Origin: Octopus bimaculoides
Lineage: Eukaryota
Assembly: GCF_001194135.2 (NCBI RefSeq)
Contig: NC_068999.1
Location: 16,201,755-16,265,754 of the forward strand
DNA length: 64,000 bases
Direction of reading: 5' to 3'
This document shows, in pieces, positions 50,848 through 64,000 of the stretch (positions within the stretch are counted from its first letter, which is position 1; the number at the start of each line of letters is the position of its first letter). The notes beneath the pieces are model-generated. The model worked only from the letters and a program-made list of their open reading frames with translations. It was not told where the DNA came from and searched no databases. A program made the position numbers and the translations under genes.

Positions 50848-51060
50848 CAGTGATCCCTCACCATACCGCGGTTCACTTATCGCGCACTCAGTACATCGCG
50901 GGTTTTTCTGGCTAATTTATGTAAATTTATATCGCGAACTCCTCATTATATCACGGCCTCAGTATTTCCGCGGCCGAAAGGTATTTATATCTTTCTAGAT
51001 TTAAATTATTCGTGTGGAAGGTTTTGGAACGTAACACCAGCGATAGTCAAGGGATTACTG
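50848..51060. mobile_element. Tigger/pogo-like MITE with TA target-site duplication
   Basis: TA|cagtgatccctcaccataccgcgg ... cgatagtcaagggattactg|TA. The termini CAGT(G/A)ATCCCT are inverted, and the interior is CpG-rich. Confidence 0.8.
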
Positions 51061-51571
51061 TAATTAAAAACTTGATATTTCAATTAAAATATTATTGTTT
51101 TCTAACCTAGCATTCTAAGAAGCAGTAGTTTAGAAACTGGATTGTCACTTCAGTATAATGTACATGGAATTTCTTAATGAGAATTAACAAAGATCAAAAG
51201 GGAATCATTCGAGAAACCGAGGCCATATTTAATCTGAAGATAATTATGCGGTTTATTCCAGTAATGACTGAAAGCAAAACGTTGGATATTTCCACATTTT
51301 ACTTGTCTGGAAATGACATGATTTAACTTTGGTTGCTTTGTAGTTTGTATCTACAACGTCATAAACTGAACAATGCAAAGAGAGACATCGAATACTTGAA
51401 GCATTTAGGAATGATAGAGAAAAAGAGAAGATGAGTTAAATTCATGTCTTCTAAAACATAGCTGTCTTTTGGTTTGGTTTAATAACAGAAAAAATATATC
51501 ATCAATTGTTGACAATATTAACCTTCACGTCAAACAATACTTACACATACACACACGCCCCGAACACATAC

Positions 51572-51606
<35 letters not shown>

Positions 51607-52405
51607 NNNNNNNNNNTATATATATATGTCTAGCTAGCAAGATAGACAAATAGCTTCAGCCGAACTACACATATATGTATTGAGGTTTTTATCTAAGAAT
51701 CAAGCTACCCATTTATCATCAACCTATCAATAAGCATACACATACTCGAACTTGTGTCGGTTATTATGTATCACTCAAAGCGTGTACGTCCATTACCCAC
51801 TACGTCGAATTGCTTCGAAAGTTAAGATACCCATACGATAACGACAAATGAAGTAGAGTAAATAATAAATTGACATACATATTGACATATATCTAAAACC
51901 TTACAAGATGGCGCTCCAGCATAACCGAAGTTCATTATTGAATACAGTAAATATAAAAGATTTTTCTTTTTAGCCGCAGTCAGAGACAGGAAAATATCAT
52001 TCTAAAATCTGTCTTTTGTATTTTATTTCATTGCTACTTGCGTAATCGATTAGACCATATAGATATTAAGTCATTCTGTCATTTCCATGTGTTGTATCTA
52101 TGTTGTATAAGTAAAATGGAGGGCTTCTTAAGCATCATCAGTAAGAGGCCATGATCCCAGTACTAGACGCTAACGAACTGTTAAGCAGCTTAAGAAGATA
52201 TTGTCTCAGCCCGCTAATAAAACCACAAAAGTTTATTTACACTTAAACCTATCTATAGTGATATTTAAATTCCTCTATCTCTCCCTCTCTTTTATATTAT
52301 GTTATATATATGCATATATATAAATTCAAATACACTCACACACAGCACAGATTCGCACACACACACACAAACACAAACACACACACACACACACACACAA
52401 ACTCA

Positions 52406-52447
<42 letters not shown>

Positions 52448-52830
52448 GGAGTGGTTGTGTGGTAAGAAGCTTGCTTCCAAACCACATGGTTTCGAGTTCA
52501 GTCCGACTGCGTGGCAACTTGCGCAAGTATCTTCTACTATAGCCTCGGGCCGACAAAATTCTTGCGAGTGGATTTGGTTGACGAAAACTGAAAGAAGCCC
52601 TTTGTATATATATGTGTGTATTTTTGTATCAGTGTTGCTCCCCCCATCATCGCTTGGTAACCGTTGCTGGTGTGTTTACGTCCACGTAACTTAGCCGTTA
52701 GGCAAAAAAGATTGATAGAATAAGTGCTAGGCATACAAAAAATATGTCCTGGGATTGATTTGTTGGACTAAAGGTGATGCTCTAGGATGGCCGCAGTTAA
52801 ATGATTGAAACAAGCAAATTAATAAAAGAA
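52448..52830 (+). mobile_element. Family-A SINE inserted after a (CA)n tract
   Basis: ggagtggttgtgtggtaagaagcttgcttcc.aaccacatggtt...ttcagtcc.actgcgtggca.ctt..gcaagt.tcttctactatagcctcgggccgac...ggatggccgcagtt.aatgattgaaacaag. Confidence 0.88.
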
Positions 52831-52839
52831 TACGAATAC

Positions 52840-52874
<35 letters not shown>

Positions 52875-54134
52875 TACATGCACACGCATATCAACACGTG
52901 GTCTTGAAATGTGAGCGCAATAATTTTAGTGAACATAGGATATAGAGGTTTTACCTCTAGCGAATTTTGTGGCTTTTGTTTTTTTTCGATACATTGAAAT
53001 ATAGTTCACAACAGCTAAGAGTGTATATGAACAAGATAATTTCAGTATAATGTTTTCTTATCGTTCCGCATGATGAAGTGAATGAACATGTATTTAATTT
53101 TACATGCGTTTATCTGCTTGTACAGGAGTAACAGNNNNNNNNNNNNNNNNNNNNNNNNNNNNNNNNNNNNNNNNNNNNNNNNNNNNNNNNNNNNNNNNNN
53201 NNNNNNNNNNNNNNNNNNNNNNNNNNNNNNNNNNNNNNNNNNNNNNNNNNNNNNNNNNNNNNNNNNNNNNNNNNNNNNNNNNNNNNNNNNNNNNNNNNNN
53301 NNNNNNNNNNNNNNNNNNNNNNNNNNNNNNNNNNNNNNNNNNNNNNNNNNNNNNNNNNNNNNNNNNNNNNNNNNNNNNNNNNNNNNNNNNNNNNNNNNNN
53401 NNNNNNNNNNNNNNNNNNNNNNNNNNNNNNNNNNNNNNNNNNNNNNNNNNNNNNNNNNNNNNNNNNNNNNNNNNNNNNNNNNNNNNNNNNNNNNNNNNNN
53501 NNNNNNNNNNNNNNNNNNNNNNNNNNNNNNNNNNNNNNNNNNNNNNNNNNNNNNNNNNNNNNNNNNNNNNNNNNNNNNNNNNNNNNNNNNNNNNNNNNNN
53601 NNNNNNNNNNNNNNNNNNNNNNNNNNNNNNNNNNNNNNNNNNNNNNNNNNNNNNNNNNNNNNNNNNNNNNNNNNNNNNNNNNNNNNNNNNNNNNNNNNNN
53701 NNNNNNNNNNNNNNNNNNNNNNNNNNNNNNNNNNNNNNNNNNNNNNNNNNNNNNNNNNNNNNNNNNNNNNNNNNNNNNNNNNNNNNNNNNNNNNNNNNNN
53801 NNNNNNNNNNNNNNNNNNNNNNNNNNNNNNNNNNNNNNNNNNNNNNNNNNNNNNNNNNNNNNNNNNNNNNNNNNNNNNNNNNNNNNNNNNNNNNNNNNAT
53901 ATATATATATATATATATACATATGTATGTATATTTATTTGAGTTAGAGTTCTCGGTTTCTGTAAATTATGTGGATGAGTTGCTATGCTGGTTGAATTAT
54001 GTGTATCGATTCACAGAAAAATCTCAGATGGAAAACGTTTGGAATGTGTTACAAACCTGCCCCGTCCACCAACGTAGTAGGTTTGAAGAAATAAACATAT
54101 GTCTACAAATAAAGATACAAATACTAATACGTAT

Positions 54135-54270
54135 TTGTATGTGTATGTATGTTTGTATGTATGTATTATATATGCATGTACGTATGTATGTATGTATGTA
54201 TGTATGTATGTATGTACGTACGTACGTATGTATGTACGTACGTATGTATGTATGTATGTATGTATATATG
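54135..54270 (+). repeat. (ATGT/ACGT)n tetranucleotide microsatellite
   Basis: Directly visible. Confidence 0.9.
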
Positions 54271-54509
54271 TAAGTTACAAGTGCATTTTAAGGCTTGTGC
54301 CAACCAAGAAATTCAATTATTTTCGAAAGATTTGTTGTACAGGAAGTACCTGTGCAGATGAATTATTTTCAGTAGGTGTAGCTTCAACTGCCCTACTCCC
54401 ACCTATTGGCCCAAGAAAACTGTCACCGGTGTGACATGAAAATTGACAAAACCAGGAACTTCCAAGCCCTCAGATCTTATTTCGGAGATTTCCTTCTTTT
54501 AGGTAGATT

Positions 54510-55740
54510 ACCAACGAGGGTAAAAGAGTTTCTACCTGGCCATGGGGTAAGCTATCCCATTCCAGAAAACTTGAATGATGGGATTGAAAAAATGTTTAAA
54601 TTCTTAAATATATTAATTTGTCACTCTTAGAGAACTGAGAAAGTGCCTCGAGACTGGATTGATGAAGTCGGTGCCAAAGGATCTGTGTGGTAATTTTTTG
54701 TGGGAATTCGCTTTTGTCTTTGGTTGCCTGCATTTTGTTAGAAAGTTTAAATACCTTCATAGTTCCAAATATGGTGTCTGAGTCTCAGTGTGGTTTTCGT
54801 TCCTCCAGCGGCACAGTTGATTGTATCTTTACTATCAGACAATTTCAAGAAAAGTGCATTGAACAGAATCTTTCCCTACACCATTGATTTGTTGATTTGA
54901 GCAAAGTAATCGATACTCTTAATCGAAATGCTCATTGGCTAATTCTAGCATCAGGATATGAAAGCGAGAATTAATTTTGGTGGTAGACTCTCTGAATCTT
55001 TTTCTGTGGAAAATGGTGTAAAACAAGGAGACCTTCATGCACCCACCCTCTTTACAATGTACTTTGCTATTGTGTTGTCACGCGATTTTCAAAACTCTGA
55101 GGAGGGTATTTACATAAAATATCAAACAACAGGGAATGTTTTTATTCTGACCACACTGAAATTCAAAGCGAAGGTTTTTACTTCAAGCATCAGGAAACTT
55201 TTATACGCTGACGATTGCGATCTTGGGAGTCATTCTGAAACAGGTTTGCAATCTCTCGTATCTGCACCTGACTCAGCTTGTGATGATTTTGGCTTGACCA
55301 TCAACTGAAAAAGAAAAAAATCAGTTGTAATGCATCTACCTGCATGTGGTGCTGTTTCTAACCCCTCTCAAGTTTTTGTTACGAGTAAGTTACTTCAGGT
55401 TGTTGATTCGTTCATCTAACTAGGAAGCTCTGTACAAAATAATGGAAATCTGGATACAGAAATACATCTGAGAATTCAAAGAGCAGAAAATGCATTTGGT
55501 TGCTTGGAATGACGCGTTTAGCGCTATGGACCTTTATCTAACAATACAAAGTTGGCTTTTTACGAGTAATTTGTCTTACCATCTTTGTCGTATCCTTCTG
55601 AAAGCTGTTTTATGGTGATCTTGCAGAGAGGAAATGCTTGCTTGTTGAGGAGGTTGATTGTTGGACACACTACAGGACGTAAAATAAGACCTGTCAAAAG
55701 GTGGAAGAGCTCATGAACAGTTAACGGCCATACAACAGCA
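54510..55740 (+). pseudogene. Decayed RTE (BovB-like) LINE reverse transcriptase
   Basis: ORFs 54687-54887 (SESQCGFRSSSGTVDCIFTIRQFQEKCIEQN) and 54958-55308 (ENGVKQGDLHAPTLF...KLLYADDCDL...ACDDFGLTIN) carry the RT QCGFR, GVKQG and YADD motifs typical of the RTE clade. Stops and frameshifts are present. Confidence 0.9.
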
Positions 55741-58149
55741 TGTGTACATGTGTACGTATACATATATGTATCCATGGGGATGTGGAAATACCTGGGTTGG
55801 TGTCCAGGCGCGTAGTTGACCCACTGGGAAAGGAAAACTCTGAGAGAAAGACCTACGACGCCGACAATATTCGATGATACAGACTAGTTCTTCTTGTTGA
55901 GTCCACGTTCAGAGAGTGAGATTAGATTTCTGAAAATCCTTTCCCCACTATCATGCAGAGGAATCGCTTGAGAAAAAGTAAGACCGATCCCAGAAATGGC
56001 TAGTCGTAGCCTTTGCACGTGCGGGACTTTCAATCAGCCGATGGCAATGCCCGAACACGAATTTGCAGCCATCATGTATGTATGTATGCATGTATGTATG
56101 CATGTATGTATGTATATATGTATGTATTCATGCATGCATGCATGCATGACTGTATGTATGTGTGTATTTATGTATGTCTGTATGTATGTATGTATGTATG
56201 TATGTATGTACATGCATGTATATTTGTGTATAAGTATGCAATAGTTGTAGATTTTGTTTGTTGTTTTTAGTTAATCACAATCCTCAAATGTGACTCTCTG
56301 TATTCGAAACCACAAAACTAATTCATTTACGTTGTAGATTGTTATCGAAGTATTAATTTCAATGCCTCCTTCAGTATACTTTTTTAACACTGGAGCTTAT
56401 ATTTCGTGGGTATTTAGTAGCAATTTTTTTTACTGTCGAAGCGTCTCATTTCCTCATCTCTTCCTTTTCCTTAAACAAATCCACCAGAATAAATAGTGCT
56501 AAAATTAAGAGACATCTAATAAAGCTTATTCCAAAATCATAGATTCAATTGAGACAATACTCCAGAGACGATCTAGACGATGGAGGTATTAAAAATGAAT
56601 TAAGAACACTACTTCGATTATATATCACCAATTACCAACGTTTTTTACGGCCGTAACAAAACAAAATTGTTCAAAAGATAAACGCTATCAAATGACCAAA
56701 TAAACCTTTTCAAAAGTCTTTGTAATAGCCTATACAAACTGTGTATGAGTTTATTAATTTAGGTTTCTTAGAGTTCCGATTCAACGTAGGCACTTGACAC
56801 GTATGAGAGTAGTTGCTCTCATGGTTGTTGTAGACACAGCCATGTATGTCTGTATGTATGTATGTATGTATGTATGTATCAATTTTGTGTGCATGTATAT
56901 ATATGTATATATATATATATATATAAAATATACTATATATATAATTATATATATACATTATATATANNNNNNNNNNNNNNNNNNNNNNNNNNNNNNNNNN
57001 NNNNNNNNNNNNNNNNNNNNNNNNNNNNNNNNNNNNNNNNNNNNNNNNNNNNNNNNNNNNNNNNNNNNNNNNNNNNNNNNNNNNNNNNNNNNNNNNNNNN
57101 NNNNNNNNNNNNNNNNNNNNNNNNNNNNNNNNNNNNNNNNNNNNNNNNNNNNNNNNNNNNNNNNNNNNNNNNNNNNNNNNNNNNNNNNNNNTATATATAT
57201 GTAGATATGTATGTATATGTATCTAGAAGAGAGTGTGTATGTCTATGGGTGTGCGTACGTTCCTTATGCATTCGAGAACCGAGATGCCGATTTTGGCGTA
57301 TGGGGTATCAAAAGAATCAGTATGCCTTTTGGTAACAACTAAACGTTATTTGTATTATAAAAACTTAACAATATAATTTCTTGTTTTATCACCAATCGTA
57401 AACAACACTTTATACTACCACCTCATCGACGATAGTGTCACATTTTCTTCATGAGTGTGTTCGTGCGTTCATTACGTACGTTAGACCGACGACTATCAAG
57501 TATATGTGTGTGATGGTGTGTGTCTGTCAGTATACATCTATTTGTGTGATGACTGACAAACACACACACGCACATCTAAAGACATAGACATTCACACACA
57601 GGAATAAAGATAGGCTTGAGGTCCGTATGTTTGTGTGTGTCTTAGTATATGTATGTGACTTCCCGCCACTCCAAAAGTGAAACGCGCCGATTTTCCAACA
57701 GCTTAGGTTAATTGCGGCCTGAACTTTAAGAGAATAGCAGCGTTCACTTCGATGTACTACCAAACGTGAAGATTTGGATGGTCTGACAGCACTTATAACA
57801 CCCAAAAATATATCTGAAAAAAAATTTTTGTGGTTATCATAACAAATTCGGAAACTTGGTGAAGTAGATAGCCTCAGCGGATCTTTTAATATAATTACAG
57901 AAATGTTATTCTACCCCTTCTAACCAGTTTGAAGGTAATGCCGTTTAAACAGTACTTATCGTATATTTAACAGTCCTTATCGTATTACTTTCGTCACTGT
58001 ATCAACGCCACATAACATTTTTACTCAGGTAGTCAGTATTTATTCTACGGCCTAAAACGTTGCTCAGTTTAAAATATATATAGTAATGTCAAATTAATTT
58101 ATATTTTGCTACATATATCCTTCAGCAAATATTTTAAATTAACGTTCAC

Positions 58150-59120
58150 AATATCAGCATATTCCTTTCTATACAGTTTCTTCAGCGTCCGTTTCAAAAT
58201 TGTAAAATATATTATTTTTTTGAGAGATGAGGAACCTGTTGCAGGTTCAATTAGTGGAATATTGAAACGATACCCATCTTGTCGATTCGACAGAATAAGA
58301 GGATACTGGAGAGCATCATGAGAGGGATGAGTATGTGAAACACGTTTAAGGTTGTTATCTCGAGCACGAATGAGAATATCATGATTTTCATGGGGACCAC
58401 GAACCATAAGGAGGGCTGGCCAGTTTGAGGCAAAGAGTAGATTGTATGTTCAAAGTCAAGTCGGCAAATAGATAAGTCGATAGAATGATTAGTTAAATGG
58501 TTGGAACGTAAAAGGAAGTGCAAAAGTCATGGACAGGCAGATGCAGATGGAATGCGTGCATTGAATGAATGGTAATGGTGCAAAGGTGGGAGATATCGAC
58601 ACTAGTTTCCAATGAATTACTGCAAGAAATTGTGAGGCCAACAAGAACGACTTGGCTACAAAGTCAATGATGACTTAAGAATTGCGAGTAGAAGGAGATA
58701 AATGATTGCGACTGTTTAGTGAAGAAAGAGGTGTAGTGGAGATAAGAGTAAAATCGGATACTGAGAAGGGCAGTCAAGGAAATAAACGGATGAGGAAATG
58801 TTGGAAATTTATTGAAGGAGAGAATGAAATGAACTGAGGATGTCGATAACGGTGTTGTGGTGAGTACGAGTTAGGGTGCTGGTCTTATGCATTCATAAAT
58901 ATGCCAATCACCCACTTCAGATATTGAGCCAAACTAATGATTACAGATGTCAAATCAACGTAACTGAAAGAGAAGTTAGCATAGCTAGGGACCATCTTAA
59001 TACCCATAGCCAGCCCAGTAAAATGCAGATAAATTTCACAGTAGGAAGCTGAACAATTCAACATAATAACAAACTCTACTACGTGGAGGATAGTAGTTGA
59101 GCTGGTTTCAATGTTAGTAG
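58150..59120 (-). pseudogene. Decayed Penelope-like element (RT plus putative GIY-YIG endonuclease remnant)
   Basis: Manual minus-strand translation: YLHFTGLAMGIKMVPSYANFSFSYVD (cf. PLE Y.Q..G.AMGT.M.PSYANLF.GY.E), ISNISSSVYFLD, SRNHL...LASQFL (cf. DSHNYL...IP.SQFLR), HDILIRAR and SSSLKKIIYFTILKRTLKKLY (cf. TC.S.N.IY.I.C.KC..LYIGET). Confidence 0.6.
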
Positions 59121-59271
59121 AACAGCCTAAAAATAGTGAATTGGGAATGTATTACCCGGTATAAAGAGGGGCTTGGAGCAGCTAGGTGTGAAGGCTTGAA
59201 GTCACGAAGAGCGTGATTAAAATATGAACATGGGACGAAATAGACAAGAAAATACGTACGTATACACACAC

Positions 59272-59324
<53 letters not shown>

Positions 59325-61079
59325 TTCCTTTTCTCCCTCCCTCCATCTATCTATTTATCTCTTTCNNNNNNNNNNNNNNNNNNNNNNNNNNNNNNNNNNN
59401 NNNNNNNNNNNNNNNNNNNNNNNNNNNNNNNNNNNNNNNNNNNNNNNNNNNNNNNNNNNNNNNNNNNNNNNNNNNNNNNNNNNNNNNNNNNNNNNNNNNN
59501 NNNNNNNNNNNNNNNNNNNNNNNNNNNNNNNNNNNNNNNNNNNNNNNNNNNNNNNNNNNNNNNNNNNNNNNNNNNNNNNNNNNNNNNNNNNNNNNNNNNN
59601 NNNNNNNNNNNNNNNNNNNNNNNNNNNNNNNNNNNNNNNNNNNNNNNNNNNNNNNNNNNNNNNNNNNNNNNNNNNNNNNNNNNNNNNNNNNNNNNNNNNN
59701 NNNNNNNNNNNNNNNNNNNNNNNNNNNNNNNNNNNNNNNNNNNNNNNNNNNNNNNNNNNNNNNNNNNNNNNNNNNNNNNNNNNNNNNNTATATATATATA
59801 CGTGTGTTACTTGTTAATAACGACAATACCATTACAGCGTCATACACACACATGTGCCTAGTTCTTAGACATGGTTGTGTTACACACAGACCCACACACA
59901 CACACACACATACACACACAGGCACATATATATACTAACAATAATATTCTGTCTGTGAATGCACATTACACACTTACTTCCATTCTTGAGATCAATGATA
60001 AATATATTTGTTTGTTATACACATATTTTCCTATTTGTTTTATTCAAAAGTTTAAGTAGGTTACGAAGGTGGCCCGAAGCAAGACAATAATTATAATGCA
60101 CGGTTGCCAGATGAAGATATCAGCTAATTATTGCCTCTAGAATTTCAAGATTAGTATAGATTCTGAGATTGTGTTGGTTTACAACAAATGCTCGCTAAAT
60201 TTTCCTTTATCGTCCAATCACAATGAGAGATACACCCATTAGCAATATTAGTGGGTGTTCACTTTGTAATTAACAACAACAATAGCAACAACAACTGTCA
60301 TAACAACAATGGAATCAATGACAATACTATATTTTGTCTTAAGAAAATACTGAAAGAAAATTCCCAAAATGGAGAGCAGTGAAATTAAAATAACATAGAA
60401 TAAGGAAAAACTAAATTATTTCAACAACTGTTGCCTTCAATTTGTAAAGCTGATATTAACAGTGAGTATTATTCTTCTGTAACGGTAATACTAAGCTCAT
60501 TAGATCGTAAATATTGGTATTGGAAATAATTCTTACTGATGTACTTCTGATAGCCATGATCTGATATTCAGAAATCAACGTCAGCAACCACCAGTGAGGG
60601 GGGGATGAGTGGGAGAGAGGGATAAATAGAGAGAGAGTGGGGAGAAGTGAGAGGCAGTGGGAGAGATAAAGAGTGATATATATATATATATATATATATA
60701 CAGAGAGAGAGAGANNNNNNNNNNNNNNNNNNNNNNNNNNNNNNNNNNNNNNNNNNNNNNNNNNNNNNNNNNNNNNNNNNNNNNNNNNNNNNNNNNNNNN
60801 NNNNNNNNNNNNNNNNNNNNNNNNNNNNNNNNNNNNNNNNNNNNNNNNNNNNNNNNNNNNNNNNNNNNNNNNNNNNNNNNNNNNNNNNNNNNNNNNNNNN
60901 NNNNNNNNNNNNNNNNNNNNNNNNNNNNNNNNNNNNNNNNNNNNNNNNNNNNNNNNNNNNNNNNNNNNNNNNNNNNNNNNNNNNNNNNNNNNNNNNNNNN
61001 NNNNNNNNNNNNNNNNNNNNNNNNNNNNNNNNNNNNNNNNNNNNNNNNNNNNNNNNNNNNNNNNNNNNNNNNNNNNNNN

Positions 61080-61117
<38 letters not shown>

Positions 61118-61569
61118 GTAGAGGGATTTGATAATGCAGAAGTCTTTTAAAGATGTTTATTGACTTGACCGGCTTCACTTTCCTATATATTTTCAGACGT
61201 GCGGTACCTTACAAGTTTACACACACATATTTATATATACATATATATATATGTATGAGTGTGTGTATGTCTCAGCGTATGTGGTTGTCTATGTGTATGT
61301 GTCTGCATTGCTATGATATTTTTTTTAGTTCTCTAGTTAAAGACGTTGGGAAGCAGTATTTAAATTAGATTTAATATTCTTGTAATTTATATCTATATCT
61401 TATTGCGACTTGATAATGTAACGCTTTTTACGTTCAAATATCACTTTAGGCTGTGATTGGGATGTTTTACATGCATAGATGAATACACCCATGTATATAT
61501 GTATATATGTGAGTTTGTGTTTACGTTACGTGATTATAAATTGCGTGCGTGAGGGTGGGTGTTAGATTA

Positions 61570-61707
61570 CATGAAGCACGCTATGTCGAATGACGCCAGA
61601 CAGGGTTGCTATCTCCCGAGCTCCGTGCATGGTGCGTTTCTTTCCACGGCCAGTCTTAAACTGATGGCTAATTAGCATCGTAATGGAGCCTAAACATGTC
61701 TGGAGAA
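61570..61707 (-). other. Unique, GC-richer segment; possible exon or conserved non-coding element
   Basis: After acattctccAG the minus strand is open for about 45 codons (TCLGSITMLISHQFKTGRGKKRTMHGAREIATLSGVIRHSVLHVI*). No homology recognised. Confidence 0.2.
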
Positions 61708-64000
61708 TGTTCTTACTTCATATATCTGATCCCCAGCAGATTATATCTAGCGGCGTAATCGCGTCTTCAACTTCTGTGCTAATGCGAAGAAAATTAATGC
61801 TGTACTATTGATGTAATGAGAATATTCATCCTGTTACTGTCCCTCGGGGAAGGTGAAGAATAAAGCAGTGCAAAGGTGTATGCCAACGAAAGTCAAGTCT
61901 GTAAAATCTGAATGGTGCCAAAATCTTTAAGAGTGCAAACATATTTAAATGTACAATTTTTGCTTCCAAGCCATATTACAAAAATGTTACAATGTTCTAA
62001 CGTTACAGTATGCTTTGACTTGAGAAAAAAGTGCCGAATGTTCAAGTGACGTAGCAATATGGAAGGGACATGTGACATGTGCTTAAAATATAAAGAAACT
62101 ACGAGACTTGTAAGGAACGACTTTATCAATATACCGCTTTTCTATTCGAAGTGTTATGTTGTCGGTTTCCAACGGATGCCTTGTATCCTATTTGAGTAAC
62201 GTTCATGCTAGGAGACAGAGTAATGCAGTAACTTGTGACTTGCTGAGTGGAAATTTGGAAGATTAGTAGAGGCTTATTTTATTACTTTTCAGTTGACGTC
62301 CTATTCGTAATGTGACTTTAATTTTCATCATTCAGTAATCTAATTTTGCCGACTTCTCATATAAATACTTAAGGAAGAAGATATACAACTACCGGCACAC
62401 CTCAACTGACGTCGGTAATCTGATTCCAAAACATGCGATCCGAAAAATATTAAAAGAAAATACATACCCTTATATCTATTGTAATGAATGTTTCGTACGT
62501 ATTTTCACACATATTTTATTTAATTTTTCACCCTTAGTTTTGGGTTTAGGTATTTTTTTTTTTACATGCTTACTTTTAAATATTTATGCTGCGACGGAAT
62601 TTTAGGTCAGGTAAGCCGGTTGCATAAAAAAAGAAGAAAAATTACATAGAAACGAAAACGAAGAAATTTGTGATGTGCCTATATACATTTGTCAATGCCT
62701 GACTTCCGTCGTGCCTATATCGCCTTTACTGATGACATCTGCGTGGATTTCCATAGCGACATTGTCTACTTAATAAGCGTAGCATTTGCTTTGCAGATTT
62801 ATTTACAGGAATGCAATACGCATGTGTGTAATATAATTCTGCATCGTATATGTCGAACAAATTTCACTTTAAAATTATTGACGTACTGAGAGCTATAGTC
62901 GAAAACACTTACCAGTGGGAAGGGGTGAATGTAGTATTAAACAGGAAAATGAGTGAATGCCATGCAAAAATAGGACACGTGATTTCTCATAAAATACAAT
63001 ATTTGATATTATAACAAATATAATATAATGGTTTGATATATTATAACATGATTTATAACGATCATTAAAACTCATACAATTCTTATTCCTTACATCATTT
63101 TTTTTGGCATATTTTTGACAGAATCTATATCAAATAATAAATATAATTTCTTATATATGTGGCCAAACCCGTGGAGAAAAATTTCATTTCTATATTTCAA
63201 TTCATAAAATTTTTTTTCTAATCGAAAATGTCGTCATGTATAAATACATACATACATCTATACATACATATACATATATATATATATGTATATATATATA
63301 TGTATATNNNNNNNNNNNNNNNNNNNNNNNNNNNNNNNNNNNNNNNNNNNNNNNNNNNNNNNNNNNNNNNNNNNNNNNNNNNNNNNNNNNNNNNNNNNNN
63401 NNNNNNNNNNNNNNNNNNNNNNNNNNNNNNNNNNNNNNNNNNNNNNNNNNNNNNNNNNNNNNNNNNNNNNNNNNNNNNNNNNNNNNNNNNNNNNNNNNNN
63501 NNNNNNNNNNNNNNNNNNNNNNNNNNNNNNNNNNNNNNNNNNNNNNNNNNNNNNNNNNNNNNNNNNNNNNNNNNNNNNNNNNNNNNNNNNNNNNNNNNNN
63601 NNNNNNNNNNNNNNNNNNNNNNNNNNNNNNNNNNNNNNNNNNNNNNNNNNNNNNNNNNNNNNNNNNNNNNNNNNNNNNNNNNNNNNNNNNNNNNNNNNNN
63701 NNNNNNNNNNNNNNNNNNNNNNNNNNNNNNNNNNNNNNNNNNNNNNNNNNNNNNNNNNNNNNNNNNNNNNNNNNNNNNNNNNNNNNNNATATATATCAGC
63801 AGACTTGTGTTTGTGTGCATATATAACGATACATGTCTTAATGCCAAGTGTTTGTGCTTTGCAAGCACAAACAAGACTAGATATTAAATTTTATTGGCTG
63901 CAATCGCTCCAGGAATGATATTGAGGAATAGAATTTCGTCGCCAAATTGACACACATACTCTCACATTGGCGTATGTCAGTATTCGTGTTTAGTTCTGCG

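Overview
Gap-rich draft eukaryotic scaffold (about 8 kb of N in roughly 25 gaps, most flanked by (TA)n or other simple repeats). It is AT-rich and dense in microsatellites and short interspersed repeats. The SINE families and repeat composition suggest an octopus (cephalopod) genome; this is recognition, not proof. Nearly all ORFs in the track are artefacts of N-runs or simple repeats, and no complete protein-coding gene can be supported. The window looks like intronic or intergenic DNA with a few candidate exons. It holds four SINE-like families, two clear TA-flanked or long-TIR MITEs, decayed maT/mariner transposases, and decayed non-LTR retroelements (R4/Dong with RLE, RTE/BovB-like, and a Penelope-like RT/GIY-YIG remnant). 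The most interesting signal is a ~300-bp element built as tRNA-like Pol III head + (AAT)n linker + minimal type I hammerhead ribozyme motif + A/T-rich tail. It occurs four times, as two head-to-head inverted pairs (7352-7765 and 10108-11010). It is a candidate Penelope-mobilised, ribozyme-carrying SINE/retrozyme-like element.
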